64,000 nt of DNA from Neodothiora populina (lineage: Eukaryota). Shown here piece after piece: positions 24,991 through 37,030 of the stretch (position 1 is the first letter of the stretch; the number at the start of each line of letters is the position of its first letter). Under the pieces are notes generated by a model, which had not been told where the DNA came from, did not search any database, and saw only the letters and a program-made list of their open reading frames with translations. The DNA lies in contig NW_027191409.1 of assembly GCF_041146345.1 (NCBI RefSeq), positions 62,001 to 126,000 of the forward strand. The letters run 5' to 3'. Made by a program: the position numbers and the translations under genes.

Positions 24991-26610
24991 ATGAAGATCG
25001 ACGACAACAATCAGCCCCGCTACATGGGCCTATGTGGCAAGAGACTCAACTTGGCTCTCTCTATCGTGGCCACGACCGGATTCCTTCTCTTCGGTTATGA
25101 CCAAGGTGTCATGTCCGGCATCATTGATGCACCACAATTTGCAGATACCATTCCCGAAGTTAGAGGAGACTCGACGTGGCAGGCTTTCGTTACTGCCATC
25201 TACGAAATCGGTTGTCTTGTTGGTGCTATCTTCGCTCTTGCATATGGTGACAGGACCGGTCGCAGACGTATGATCATTGCTGGCGCCATTATCATGATTC
25301 TCGGTGTCATCGTTCAGGTCAGCGCTGTAGCTCAGCACGCATCGACTACACAATTCATCATTGGACGTACCATTACCGGTGTCGGTAACGGTATGAACAC
25401 AAGTACTATTCCATCTTACCAAGCCGAGTGCTCCAAGACCACCAACCGCGGTCTTCTCATCTGTATTGAGGGTGGCACCATTGCCATCGGTACCATGATT
25501 GCCTACTGGATTGACTATGGTTGCTCTTACGGCTCCCCTGACCTCACTTGGCGTTTCCCTATCGCTTTCCAGATTGTCTTCGGTCTCGTTGTCTGCATTT
25601 TCATGACCTGGCTCCCGGAGTCGCCTAGATGGCTCTTGACTCACGATCGTGCCGACGATGCCAACACAGTCCTAGCTGCTCTTCGTGGTCTTCCTCGCGA
25701 TGACCCCGAGGTTCAGGCTCAACTGTCCATCCTGCAGGACAGCATCAGAGCTGCTGGCGCACACGAAAAGGTCACGTACGGCGATCTCCTTACTGGCGGC
25801 AAGACTCAGCACTTCCGCCGTATGCTTTTGGGTGCATCCTCTCAGATGTTCCAGCAGCTTTCCGGCTGCAACGCTGTCATCTACTACTTCCCCATCCTGT
25901 TCCGTGACAACGTCGACGTCTCCTACAACCTTTCCCTGCTGCTCGGCGGCATCAACATGATCATCTACTCGCTCTTCGCAACCACCTCTTGGTTCATTAT
26001 TGAACGTGTCGGCCGTCGTAAGCTCTTCCTCTGGGGTACCGTTGGACAAATGGTTTCCATGATCATTGTCTTTGCTTGCTTGATCCCTGGTACCACCGAA
26101 ACTGCCAAGGGTTCGGCTGTTGGTCTCTTCACATACATTGCCTTTTTCGGTGCGACCTGGTTGCCTCTCCCATGGCTCTACCCTGCCGAGATCAACCCTC
26201 TCAAGACCCGCTCCAAGGCCAATGCTGTTTCGACCTGCTCCAACTGGCTGTGGAACTTCACCATTGTCATGGTCACCCCAGTCATGATTGCCAACATCGG
26301 GTGGAAGACTTACCTTATCTTCGCCATCTTCAACGGCTGCTTCCTTCCCATCATCTACTTCTTCTATCCCGAGACTGCTGGTCGCTCCCTTGAGGAAATC
26401 GACCTTATCTTCGCCAAGGGTTTCCTTGAGAACATGAACTACGTCAAGGCTGCCCAGCAGCTTCCTCACATGACTGAGGACGAGATCGCCATCAAGGCTC
26501 GCGAGTACGGCTTTGTCGATTCTGATGACGAGTCTGGACAAATCAAGGATGCCAAGTTGAGCGAGAAGCAAGTCGAGATGGCTGCCACCTCCAACGCACG
26601 CATGGCTTAA
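24991..26610 (+). CDS. MFS sugar porter, Stl1-like (glycerol/polyol or sugar:H+ symporter)
   Basis: Intronless 539 aa with LFGYDQGVMSG, DRTGRR, PSYQAE, WRFPIAFQ, PESPRWL, QQLSGCNAVIYY, PWLYPAEI and YPETAGRSLEEID. TATA-like TTATAAA at about 24798. Confidence 0.9.
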   Translation: MKIDDNNQPRYMGLCGKRLNLALSIVATTGFLLFGYDQGVMSGIIDAPQFADTIPEVRGDSTWQAFVTAIYEIGCLVGAIFALAYGDRTGRRRMIIAGAIIMILGVIVQVSAVAQHASTTQFIIGRTITGVGNGMNTSTIPSYQAECSKTTNRGLLICIEGGTIAIGTMIAYWIDYGCSYGSPDLTWRFPIAFQIVFGLVVCIFMTWLPESPRWLLTHDRADDANTVLAALRGLPRDDPEVQAQLSILQDSIRAAGAHEKVTYGDLLTGGKTQHFRRMLLGASSQMFQQLSGCNAVIYYFPILFRDNVDVSYNLSLLLGGINMIIYSLFATTSWFIIERVGRRKLFLWGTVGQMVSMIIVFACLIPGTTETAKGSAVGLFTYIAFFGATWLPLPWLYPAEINPLKTRSKANAVSTCSNWLWNFTIVMVTPVMIANIGWKTYLIFAIFNGCFLPIIYFFYPETAGRSLEEIDLIFAKGFLENMNYVKAAQQLPHMTEDEIAIKAREYGFVDSDDESGQIKDAKLSEKQVEMAATSNARMA

Positions 26611-27662
26611 TTGAATATTTATATGCATTAGATGACCTTCTTAAAGAGAATGAGAAGAGATGATGAGTAGCCGCTGAGCGGCCGCTTTGATGTTTGGGTG
26701 AAAGAACAACTTTGGCACCCGGAGTTACGATAATAGATACCATTTTGATTTTGCGCTTTAGAAGGTCGACCTTCAACGATAGATCTTGCGGTTTTGCGTA
26801 CGCGCACCACTATGTTACATGAATGTCTTTATTTCTTGTCTATAGATTTCACTCATAAACCTTTGGGACCATATATAGACGAGTGTTTTTCAATCAGGTT
26901 TTTCATACTGAGATGTTCACCTTGCCTCCTGACTTGTTGCGAAGTTGTTGGACTCTCGATGCTTATTCTCTGATCCGCTGATGAGTTGCCTGAGACCGTA
27001 GGATATTCGGCAAGTGAAGTTGATATGCTCGTGATCGTCGATCTACCTCAGTCCTTGTCGGCCCGACCTCAACTCCAAGGTGTATGCCATGTTGGTAGCT
27101 CACTCACTTAAAAATGCTAATACACCCTTCTCAAGCTTACCATCGTGATACATCGCCAAGACATCAATTTCAGGACATGCACAAGTTACGATATGATATG
27201 ACACGGTGCTCGCCTGTTCACCGAAGTCGCTACACCGACTGCACGAAGGATGTGCGTCTGTGAGCGGGTGCGTATGTGTGTGTGTGGAGCCTGGCTCGTT
27301 GCTCTGATGGAGACCCATGCTTGGCAAGGGCGACAACCTTTACGCGATGTGCTTCTTGGGTTTTCCGAGTCACATATGATTATCGACTTGGATTACCGTT
27401 TGACATGATGTTGCATATTGCCCGCGGCGTCGTATGGCTTTCTGCTAGCGTCGTATGGGTTGACTGAGAAGGATGCTTTGGCTCCGAGGGATCAGACGAC
27501 GACGACGAAGACGTTTCGGATCCTATGATGACTCCGGAGTTACGGAAATGTGAGTTTGCCACTATGTTACTCCTGCAGCCTTCATCAACATGTTGTTGCC
27601 AAGTCAATTCCATGAATCTATATAGCGGAGATTCCAAAACAAAGCAGGTGCTACCCTATGTA

Positions 27663-28762
27663 TCAAGACTCGCGAAGCTGCCTTGGTTCGCCATCCCAGC
27701 CTATTAATGGCCAACCCTCAGGTAACGTCGAAAAAGGTGGCAGGGTATATCTATCTTTACATCCATTCCGGTCACTGCAATAAAGATCACACAAACCATA
27801 AAGGTTGCAGTAGCAGGATCGTGCACTTGGACAATCAACTGCGTTCTTCCCAAATATGACTGTTCCACTGTCAATGCTGAAGTCCTCGAGGCTGCTTTCA
27901 TAAGGGATACGAACTGTGCCATGCATACTCGAGGAACCTCCCAGAGAGCTCGTCGGCCTGATCAGTTTTCAGGATCCATTGTCGATACCGTTCGTAGTCC
28001 GACCTTGGCCTACTCCTGATTGCCTCCTTTGACACTGCGAACTGCGCGCAACAAGGTGAGCCAACTATACCAGGCACATCCGTTTCCGGAAACAGCTCTT
28101 CGAAGCTTGGTTTGTAGATCTGACCTGCCTTGGGCGGATGGTGAATAGTCCCAAGGTCATTTTCGGGACGAACTTCGATGGGACAACCAATGTTCCAAGC
28201 ACATCGCAGGCTGGTATAACCCTGCGCTCGCACATGCGAAATGTTCATTCGCGAAAGCATGCGCTGACCATCGTAATCGGGGTCATCGTTGTGCCATTGA
28301 TATCGCTCTGCATGCATGAAGATGGTAACATTTTGCAAGAAATCATAATAGTCAATGATATACCTTTGAGAAGCAACAGAGACGCGAAGATTCAGCATGA
28401 AAGAGGGCTGAAAGATTGATCGTTTGTGTTGCTACTTACGTGAGATAGACCATTGCCTCTCTGCCCTTGTTAACAGGCACAGTCAGACTAGCCTGAGGAT
28501 CATCTGTGACATATACAAATTTCCTCCACGTAAGGAATTGGTTTTGCAACCACGCCGTATTTTCGTTCTTTTGAGACGCGACGACGAGGGTGGCCTCATA
28601 CTTCCGATGAGGGTCCCATATCTCTTCGTCCCTGTACCGCGTAATCGGTTGCGTGCGATATATGCCTTTGAGTAGCCCTAAAGAATATACACATAACAAA
28701 CCCACGGCAATGAGAATTAATAAGATCCGTTTATTTATGAGGCGACGAGGCAAAAAAGGCAT
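27663..28762 (-). CDS. DUF3431 family protein with N-terminal membrane anchor, 3 exons
   Basis: NKGREAMVYLT|YIIDYYD, FMHAERYQWHNDDPDYDG, PCCAQFAVS, SGRFLEYAWH|IIFG..CP...CYCNLYG. Two GT-AG introns. Confidence 0.85.
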
Positions 28763-30473
28763 CGCACAATGGCGTAGATATGGTAAAGATAACGAAAGGA
28801 TAGACGAGGCTATGTGGGTCTCGACAATCAAAGTACATACAGTACAGCAGATGGCAACCTATACCAGGATCGGATATACAGTATCAGAAGGAGTTGTGCT
28901 GCCTCATCCCATGGACAGAATATTCGGTTCAACAATGATCCATCTTGAGGAGCCGAAACACCGAGACGGATGCGAGCCGCGTGTCGGTAAGGTACTCTGA
29001 ACTACGGCACCGCAGTACGGGATATTCGTATACGAGTCGTTGATCCTCCATTGAGAAACTGCTGCAGCAGCTACAGCGAAGAAAAGTGGATCCTGGTGTG
29101 GCCCGATGTTTTTCACGTTAACACAAGATTGTTCGTGTAAATCCGTACCTGTAAGTGGCCCCCTCGCAATGCCAAGGGACCTGTGCTGCTGCATTGTCCC
29201 CACCCCAGGAAACGGACCCCCTGCTACCCAATATAGCACAGTACACCGTAGACGACCCTAGATAACAACAATGGTGCCTGTGCATTCCTGCCTATAGTGC
29301 AGCAGCAGCAGTCATATCTGTTCCAGGGTCTGGTCTGATAACACACCGCATAAGATATAACCGACTCAGTGGAGGATTTGCGTGGTATACGCGCCATACC
29401 GCACAGGTTTCAGACTGGCCCAAGTTGGTATGCATTATCTGAGCTCAGACGGGTCACGCAATTGGTGATGAGGAGGGGAAAGACTCCATTGGTCGGTGCA
29501 TACAACCCGACGTGGGAGGGATGGGGTTCCACATCCTTTGATCCACAATCGCTCGGCAAAGTACCGAGAAGCGTAGCACGAGTCACAGCAGTATCTCCGT
29601 GTGGTTTTTCTGTCTCGCACATGACATACTGTACGGTATTCGAGTTGTGAAGGCGGGGGGGTGATTGTCGACTCCTGAACGAGTCGAATGCTCCGAATCC
29701 GTAGCGATCTGCTGCAGGTCACAAACCAGTGTGGGTGGAACGATCAGTCCTCTCCTGAACACGTTGTCTTCTATGGACTAAACCGAGGACGACGTTGTAG
29801 CCAATGTTGGAAACGTCCACATCATCTCAGACACTGTTGCCTGAAGATCAGTGTGTGCACGACCTGGAGGGCCGCTCGTATCCGAACCCGGCTTGTTGAT
29901 GGGTCGAGCAGCAACAGGGCAAGTACTGTAATTTTTCCGGAAACGACGACGACGACGACGACGACGACGAGCGAGTCACGACCTCGAAGGGTGCATACCG
30001 ATCATTCGATGTTTACTGTAGTCTTCTCCAAACCTGGTTGTGTTGTTGTCGACGATATGAAGATCAGCAAAAAAACGACCTCACGGTAGTGACGCAGCAG
30101 CAATCAACGTGGTCCAGCATTCAGAGTTGATCAGTTGGTAGCGTACTTGTAGTGCAACACCGCAAGCCTGTCATTGTTTATTTGTTTACCGGTTCTTTGA
30201 GATCTGCGTCGAAGAATCTACCGTACACGCATCGAGCGGAGCAGCGGCTCATCTGTTCGCGATTTTCTTGTTGACCTCTCCAGCACTTATTTCCCAGTGG
30301 CCATGATACAAGTGGTCACTGAGATTCAAGTACATCCCCCTGAGCATCTCAGTGGCACTGTCCGGCTTACTGCAAATCCTCTCGCAAAGAATGTATTGAC
30401 CAAGTGTGTCTCACAGCTACTATACTGCATAGTCAACATGATTCGACTGTAAAACAGCAATCAATCCGTGAAC

Positions 30474-31118
30474 TCAGACCAAGGCATAAGAAACGACCCT
30501 AATAAACAACCCGAGCATAACAACCTCACTAGCAAGATAGACTCCGAACCTGACCATGACTCTATTCGTAAGGGCCTGAACAAGACTGTGCACGACTCTC
30601 AGCCCGACATACATCCACGCGAGAGCCAGTTCAGTGTCCATGCTTTGCTCGCTAGAAGAGAAGAAGTCTTTAGTCGCAAAGGCTCCGCTCTGCTGTTGTT
30701 GCTGCAAGAGGAAGAGAAGAGAGTGCGTGAGTGCCACGACGTAGAATCGCAACGGCGCTTCGTGGAGGTGATTGTAGTTGTCGGCTACGAGTCCGTCAGT
30801 CAGGCATCCATAGTAGAAAGCACAAGGACAAGATCGTTCCAAACCGCAGCGCGAGAATGGCCCAGACCAAAAGTCCCACTACATAGTATACACGCATCAC
30901 ATGGAAAGAGAGAAAAGAAACATACCTTTCCACCTGACAACAGCAGGGAGTTTAGCATTCATATCCGCCACTGTGCCCTCGGGCCTGACCTGTACGTTGT
31001 AGCGATTAATGGCCGGGATGCGCGTCTGGTACATCCATGCTTCCATGGCGAAGGTCCAGCCTACTAGACCCAGGACTGGGCGGAGTAAGGGCAGGGAGGG
31101 AGATGTCGTTGATGCCAT
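30474..31118 (-). CDS. MAPEG-superfamily small membrane protein, 2 exons
   Basis: WMYQTRIPA...VRWK|ADNYNHLHEAP.RFY and LAWMYVGLRVVHSLVQ...VMVRF. Intron about 30786-30925 (GTATGT..CTGAC..TAG). Confidence 0.85.
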
Positions 31119-31719
31119 ATTGCTCTCTTTTCTTCTCCTTAAGTTCTTTCTCGTATCAAGTAAGGCAGCTTTATAAACTTCTTGTCGATGTACTCAATCG
31201 CTTTTATTCTTCAAAAAAAGACTGCAAAGTCGTCGTGGTCACTCCAGACCAGAGTCTTCTCTTCCCATGCAAGTACTCACTCGAGTATATCGCGGCAGTA
31301 GAGCGTGAGCAGCGACTGGACGAACTCGCTCAAACTACTAGAGAAGGAAAGTACTAGAGGAGGGAGCGAAAAAAAAAATCCAACATAATACTTCAGATAT
31401 AATTTATGCTTTTTATAAACATGCACAAGACGAGCGAGTGCAGTGTGAAGGTACAGTAGCTCAATACACACAACAATACTCCTACTGCACAAGCACTACA
31501 GCTCGAGCAAGTGCAGAGAATACGGCTGCCTACTGCGTTTTCCCCAAAGCCGTATAACCCTGTCCCTGCATGTCAGATACCTCCACTCAGCCTTGAGCAA
31601 AGTACAGTAAGGTAAGGTAGGCAAGGCATGGCAAGGCAAAGCAGTCCCGCAACCCCGCTTGCTTGCTCGAGGTACTTGCGAAAGCCCGGCGGGGTGGACA
31701 CGACACGACATGACAGTAA

Positions 31720-32135
31720 GGTAACCCATTTTCCACTTCGAAAGAACATTTGCGAACGAGCGAAGTGAAACGCGCGGATATGGAGAGGGAAAGCTTACTG
31801 TACTTCTCACGGTAGGTGCAGCAGGTAAGGTGCTGTAGATGAGCAATGTTTCTCCCCAACCCCCTGCTCTTCATTCTCTAGAAAAGCATTTGCGAACGAC
31901 AGAGTGAAACGCCTAGGTAAGGACCTCTACTATTTACGGCAATGGGGTAGATGCGGCACTGTACTGTACATACGCTTGGAGAGCATGTTTCTGCCCCGCC
32001 TTCGCTCTCCAGGAAAGCATTTGCGAGCAACGGAGTAAGAAGAGTACAGCGACCCGGGTCAGCTTTGCTTCTCATAGTAGATAAGGTACCTCAAGGTAGG
32101 CGAGCACATTTCCCCCTCTCTTCACCATCTAGAGA
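31720..32135. repeat. Degenerate repeat array, period about 130-140 bp, core AAAGCATTTGCGAACGA-n-AGTGAAACGC
   Basis: CATTTGCGA at 31747, 31887 and 32018. GAGCA-n-TTTC-pyrimidine-rich block at 31841, 31981 and 32102. Confidence 0.65.
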
Positions 32136-32429
32136 TGAGATGCGTTTCGGGATGGTCTTGAGAGTGGTAATTACAGTAAATTGAGAGAGATCGACTCTTT
32201 GCGGCGGTGGGGTAGGTACAGAACGGCTCTGTACCTCGAGTACAGTACCTTGACAAGCTGCACGCTTGATACATGGAAAAGCAGTGGTGTGGATGAGACT
32301 GTTGGGTTTACCTGCCTCGTTCTGAGCAACGATCAAAATCAAAGAGACAAAATCAACGGACATTCTGAAAACATAAAAAGAATTACTAGGATAGAGAGTC
32401 CGTGGACACAGAGCCGAAAAGCCAATAAA

Positions 32430-32534
32430 AGGTCGTGCCCGGGTTCGAACCGGGGACTCGGGAAAGCTTCTTCGTAAGACACCCAAGGATGTCGTGGTCA
32501 AAATCCCACGTGCTTACCGCTACACTACACAACC
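32430..32534 (-). tRNA. tRNA-Gln(UUG) with a 33-nt intron (32465-32497)
   Basis: Acceptor stem GGTTGTG/CACGACC, D-arm GTG-TAGCGGTAAG-CAC, anticodon stem TGGGA/TCCCG around TTG, T-arm CCCGG-TTCGAAC-CCGGG. Mature length 72 nt, followed by a T-run (Pol III terminator). Confidence 0.92.
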
Positions 32535-32721
32535 TGAGATTCGAAACGATTCATTGAAGGAAATAGAGACTAGAACCGTATATATCATTTTGCGTATTTC
32601 GACTTTCGCATATACGGCTCAAGTCAAAAGGCATGTGTTTGCGCTCGATCTTTGAAGGGTGTTTATTGATGGGCAATGGCTATATACGTATTCTCGCATC
32701 TTCGTACCCTTTCGCTCTCAC

Positions 32722-35700
32722 TTACAAAAGCTTGATGCCAAACTTCTCCGTCAACGGGATCCTGTGACTGACCGTCGCTTGCTTCTCTTGTATGGTCCCA
32801 TAAGTCGCTGTCGAGTTTGAACCGCCTGATACTCCGAGAAGCACAATGGAGGAAATGGTAACATCGCCAGTGTCGTATCCGAACGTACCGCCCATGCTGA
32901 ACGTGCCGTTGACATATGAAAAGGTGATTTCGCTTATGTTCGGTTGCTCGAGATTGTTGCCTTCGTCGAGGTACAGGCTGCCTGATGCAGTGCCGTTTAG
33001 TCCTGGTGCGACAATAAGAACAAAGTCTTTGGCGCGGAGCTCAGTCGTGGTGCTTGCGCTCTCCGCACGAATCGGGACGATGCTTCCGCCCTTGATGTAG
33101 AGTGGGACTGCGAAAAATTTAGAGACACTTCACCACACCAAGAAAAGATAGGTCAAACTTACTCGTCGTGTACGGCACATCGTCCAGGGTGAGCCAAGAC
33201 CCATCTCCACGTATAGCCTCGTACGTGTAGAAATCGTAGAATATATCGTCAGGCAAGTACACGCTGCCAACCGTTGAATTCTCGGTGGTCACAGGCGCGA
33301 CCAGGATCGAAGGACCATAGAAATACTGATACTGCAACGGAAAGGTATTTGTATCTTCCGGATACTCGAAGAACATGGGGCTGACCAACGGCTCTCCAGT
33401 CTGGTTTTGATGGTAGAAAGCTAAAGTCAGATTCGTCAGCAAAAGTCATCAACTATGGGAACAGAGAGAATGACCAGTGTAAAGGTAGTCCAGTAGTTGA
33501 TATCTTGTGGCAATGGCGTTCTTGGCAGCTTCCGCAACAGTCGGCCATCTGTAGTACTCCTGGGGTGGTGCATCGTTGGAGTCATGGTTGCGGTAGAACG
33601 GTGTAAAGGCGCCCAGAGTTGCCCATCGCGCACATAGAAGCTCATTGGTAGTGCCTGCGAATCCACAGACATCCGATCCGACCATGGGGATCTGGAACAG
33701 CGCGCCAAACTCCAACATCTCAGCGATCGAAATAAGATAATGCGCCCAGTCCGAAAAGTTGTCGCCGAGCCAATGCCCAACTTGGCGGCCAGCACCAGCA
33801 AAGGTGGATCGAGTGATGATCAAAGGACGAACAGTAGGACGACGACTCAGCATGGCGTCTCTACTCGCGGCGGACATCATGGTACCGTACAAATTATGCG
33901 TGTCATACTCCGCCAAGCCGTTGTAATGGATAAGATCAGTGAACAATGTCAGATTGGAGATGGAGCCGGCAGAGTTTTGTATCTATCGCTTATCAGTTCT
34001 TATAAGAAGAAAATGAATCAAAGTCAGCAAACCTTGTACGGAGGATTTATCAGATCACGTCCAGGTAAACCTAGCTTGTCGCCAGAATTTTGATGTTTGG
34101 ACAACGTGGAGCGACCCAGCAGAGCATGTCGAAAGTAGGAGGCCAGTGGGTCACGAGAGACGATATCCCTCTTAGATGGTGTCCCCTGTGCGGTAGTGAT
34201 GACATCGTTGACGATCTGAGTCGTGCCGTTACAAGGGCCTGTCCTGATCGTACGGTTGGTAGCTTCGTAGATGTAGCTGCCGTCAGTCTCGCTTCTGACG
34301 TACTCATAAGAGACAACCGTGTCAGGAGGAAGATCGATTGTGGCGCTCCAGATTGGGTAATCGTCTGCAGCAAGTGGCGCAGAGTTATCGGCATTGCCTT
34401 GTCCGAGTGTGACTGCGCTTCCAACGACAACGATGTTCTCTCCAAAGTAAGTAGAGGCGTTGACGTTGAAAGAGACTTTGGCCACACACTGAGGCTGCAA
34501 ATCGTCAGGAAAGCCAGGAATGGCATACGGAGGTCCGAGGCGGACAGCCGGCGGTTGAGGAGGATCCCCAGCCTGCACAGCGAATGCCTCGGGGTCAGCG
34601 CAAGGGTACGTGCAGAAGTTAGAGGCCTCGTTCATGTCGATCCTAAGGTCTGTAAGCATATATTCGTTAGGGTGAAACGCAGAACCTCTTACCAGAGTGC
34701 ATCAATATCAACACCTGTGTCTGCATCGAAGAAAGAGTCAAACTCCCCATCCCAGTAGCCTTGAGTGTTCGGATGGAACCAGTCAGGAAAAGCGGTAACA
34801 CCTGGCCATACAACGCCTTTGTAGATGGAGCCGTTCGAGACTTTGAGGAATGCATCTTGGTCTGCTCCATTATTGAAGGCCGGATAATCAAGGTAAGCCA
34901 CCGCAGGGTCTACCATGACCACATAGTGCTGGTTGTGGGCGTGCAGATAGTCGACAAGCTGGCGCATGAGATCGAGCGGGAATCGTAAGGGGTCGAGGGT
35001 GAACACGTGGCGAAAATCCATGTAGTCGATGTCGGTCCACATCGTCTCAAGCGGAATGCCTGCCACGCTATAATTGGCGACAACAGCGGCGACTTCGTAC
35101 ACGTCTTGCATTCCATATCGACACTGATGGAACCCAAACCCCCAGTATGGCTGCAGTGCTGGTTTTCCGACGACTTCAGAGTACTGAACGGCGACTTCTT
35201 TGGGTGTCGGACCCGAGACAAAGTAGAAATCGAAAACACCGCCGAGAGTATTGTACTCGAGGTATTGACCTGTATCAGCAGTGTTGTTGATCTTGATATC
35301 CATGCCGTTGGAGTTTCGTAGGAAGACAGCATGAGTGCCGGATGCTCCTCTATGATCGAAGTATACCGGATGATTGCCATACAAGTTTGTACCCGTTGGG
35401 ATGGTGTAGGCATCGCGACTCCATAAGCTGTCCCAATCTTTAGAATGCATAAAACCTACAAAACAGGAAGTCTGTACTCACGTTCGGGTATAGTCCGTGG
35501 TATTGAGCATAAATGGATCAGTGTGCTCGCCCAAGCCGTACAGATGAGGAGCCTCTGGAAGAGAAGTTCTCAACCGCAGATATTGAGATTCAAAGATTAA
35601 AGACGAGCCCGATGTGTTGAACAATAACTCGCCCGATGCTGCTCTACTGACAGCGAACGAGAAGGGAGACTCGATGAGAGAGAAGACAAGGTCACCATCA

Positions 35701-36094
35701 TCTACTTCGCCAGTTGGCGGACTTGGTACAACATCTTCTGGAACCTGGTAGACCTGCTCATCGGCATCATATATCTTGACATGCAAGCGTTTGACTTGAG
35801 AAGATCAGCGCTCGATCGAGATCAATAAGGATTGCTAAACATACCAGTCTGATATTCAACGAGGAGTTTCAGATTGGTTACGTCTGTGCCATATGTGTTG
35901 CATGCTGCCCCAGCCAGGTTCAGATCTGCACTGATGGTCTTGTTGCCGCTATACTTGACGTTCGTTGCCACATAGCCAGGACATTGGTCAATGGCCAATT
36001 CAGTGGCCTGTCGAGGAAAGACAGAAGTGTCTATCACATTCGCAATGCTCACGGTGGAGCCAGCGAGCAACTGGATGGCAGTTCTCCAAGCCAT
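32722..36094 (-). CDS. Secreted GH31 alpha-glucosidase (AgdA/AgdB-like) with internal CBM20-like domain, multi-exon
   Basis: Signal-like N-terminus followed by [43 protein letters not shown], nucleophile motif [11 protein letters not shown], acid/base HWLGDN, GSDVCGF and FYRNH. Stop TAA at 32722. Confidence 0.93.
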
Positions 36095-37030
36095 AGTCAG
36101 AGACACAGAAGCGACAAATGATGGTCAAAAGGATGCATATCGAACACTAGGGAGATGGGTAGAGTAGGTATTTATGATGTCCTATTCACTGTGCGAGATC
36201 AACATACGATCTGCACCACGTTCCTGCACGCATGTTCGGGGAAGACATCATCGCTACTGCCACAAAAGAGGCACCGCCTGCTGAACGATGCGACTTTCCA
36301 TCCTATGCAGCATAAGGTAATAAGCGCCCTCCGGATCGTACATGTCACCAGAGCGCGCTATATCAAGATGCGAAACTCACGAGAGGAACGTCATTGTAGC
36401 GGCTCGGTTGTATAGGCCAATTAAGTTTTAGGGATCCTACTCCTCCCCGACACGGTGAAATGTATCACGGTTGAGACGGGCACTTCATTTCACGACCACA
36501 CTGACAATTGCAGTGGCTCTTGTGTCACGGGTTAGATGGCAGATATGTAATATGGTGCGGGGACACTGGGATGGAACCCCGCACTGTTCTTAATGCACAC
36601 CAGGTGACCTCGCGTGGGATCTCCTCATTGGTCGTTATACGATGAAGCGACAAAGCGAAGACACGCAAGGGCGCATATTGCAATAGATGCAGGCCTGGAA
36701 ACGCGTTCGTTCGTGATGCATGCTTTCCGGAGCGAGGATTCCGCATCGGCGGCAGACGCGAGAGCGAAAGTATCTCGAGGCAGTGAGGGGTAAATCCTAT
36801 GCGGACGTGTTCGGACGTCGAATCGGAGTCACAGGCGTCCTGTTAACGGAGAAAAGACGATGCGAGTAATGCTTGGGAGATGTCGATCGGCTCATTGACT
36901 AATATTAGATCTGCAAGTAGGTACAAGGGTATCCGCGAAGTAAAGACAACATGTCAAGTAAAATCGAATGCAGGCACTCATAAGGGGCGATGGCGGCAGG
37001 GAGAGCCCTGCGATGGAGAGAACGCTCTGC

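Noticed and set aside
25672..26628. 318-aa antisense ORF in the sugar transporter
   Set aside because: Mirror of a strongly codon-biased gene.
31720..32135. CRISPR interpretation of the repeat-spacer pattern
   Set aside because: Eukaryotic context, degenerate repeats, ~110-bp spacers and no cas genes. Kept only as an unexplained array.
36095..37030. AmyR sites (CGG-N8-CGG) upstream of the alpha-glucosidase
   Set aside because: The CGG pairs I found have spacings of 6, 7, 9, 11 or 12, not 8.
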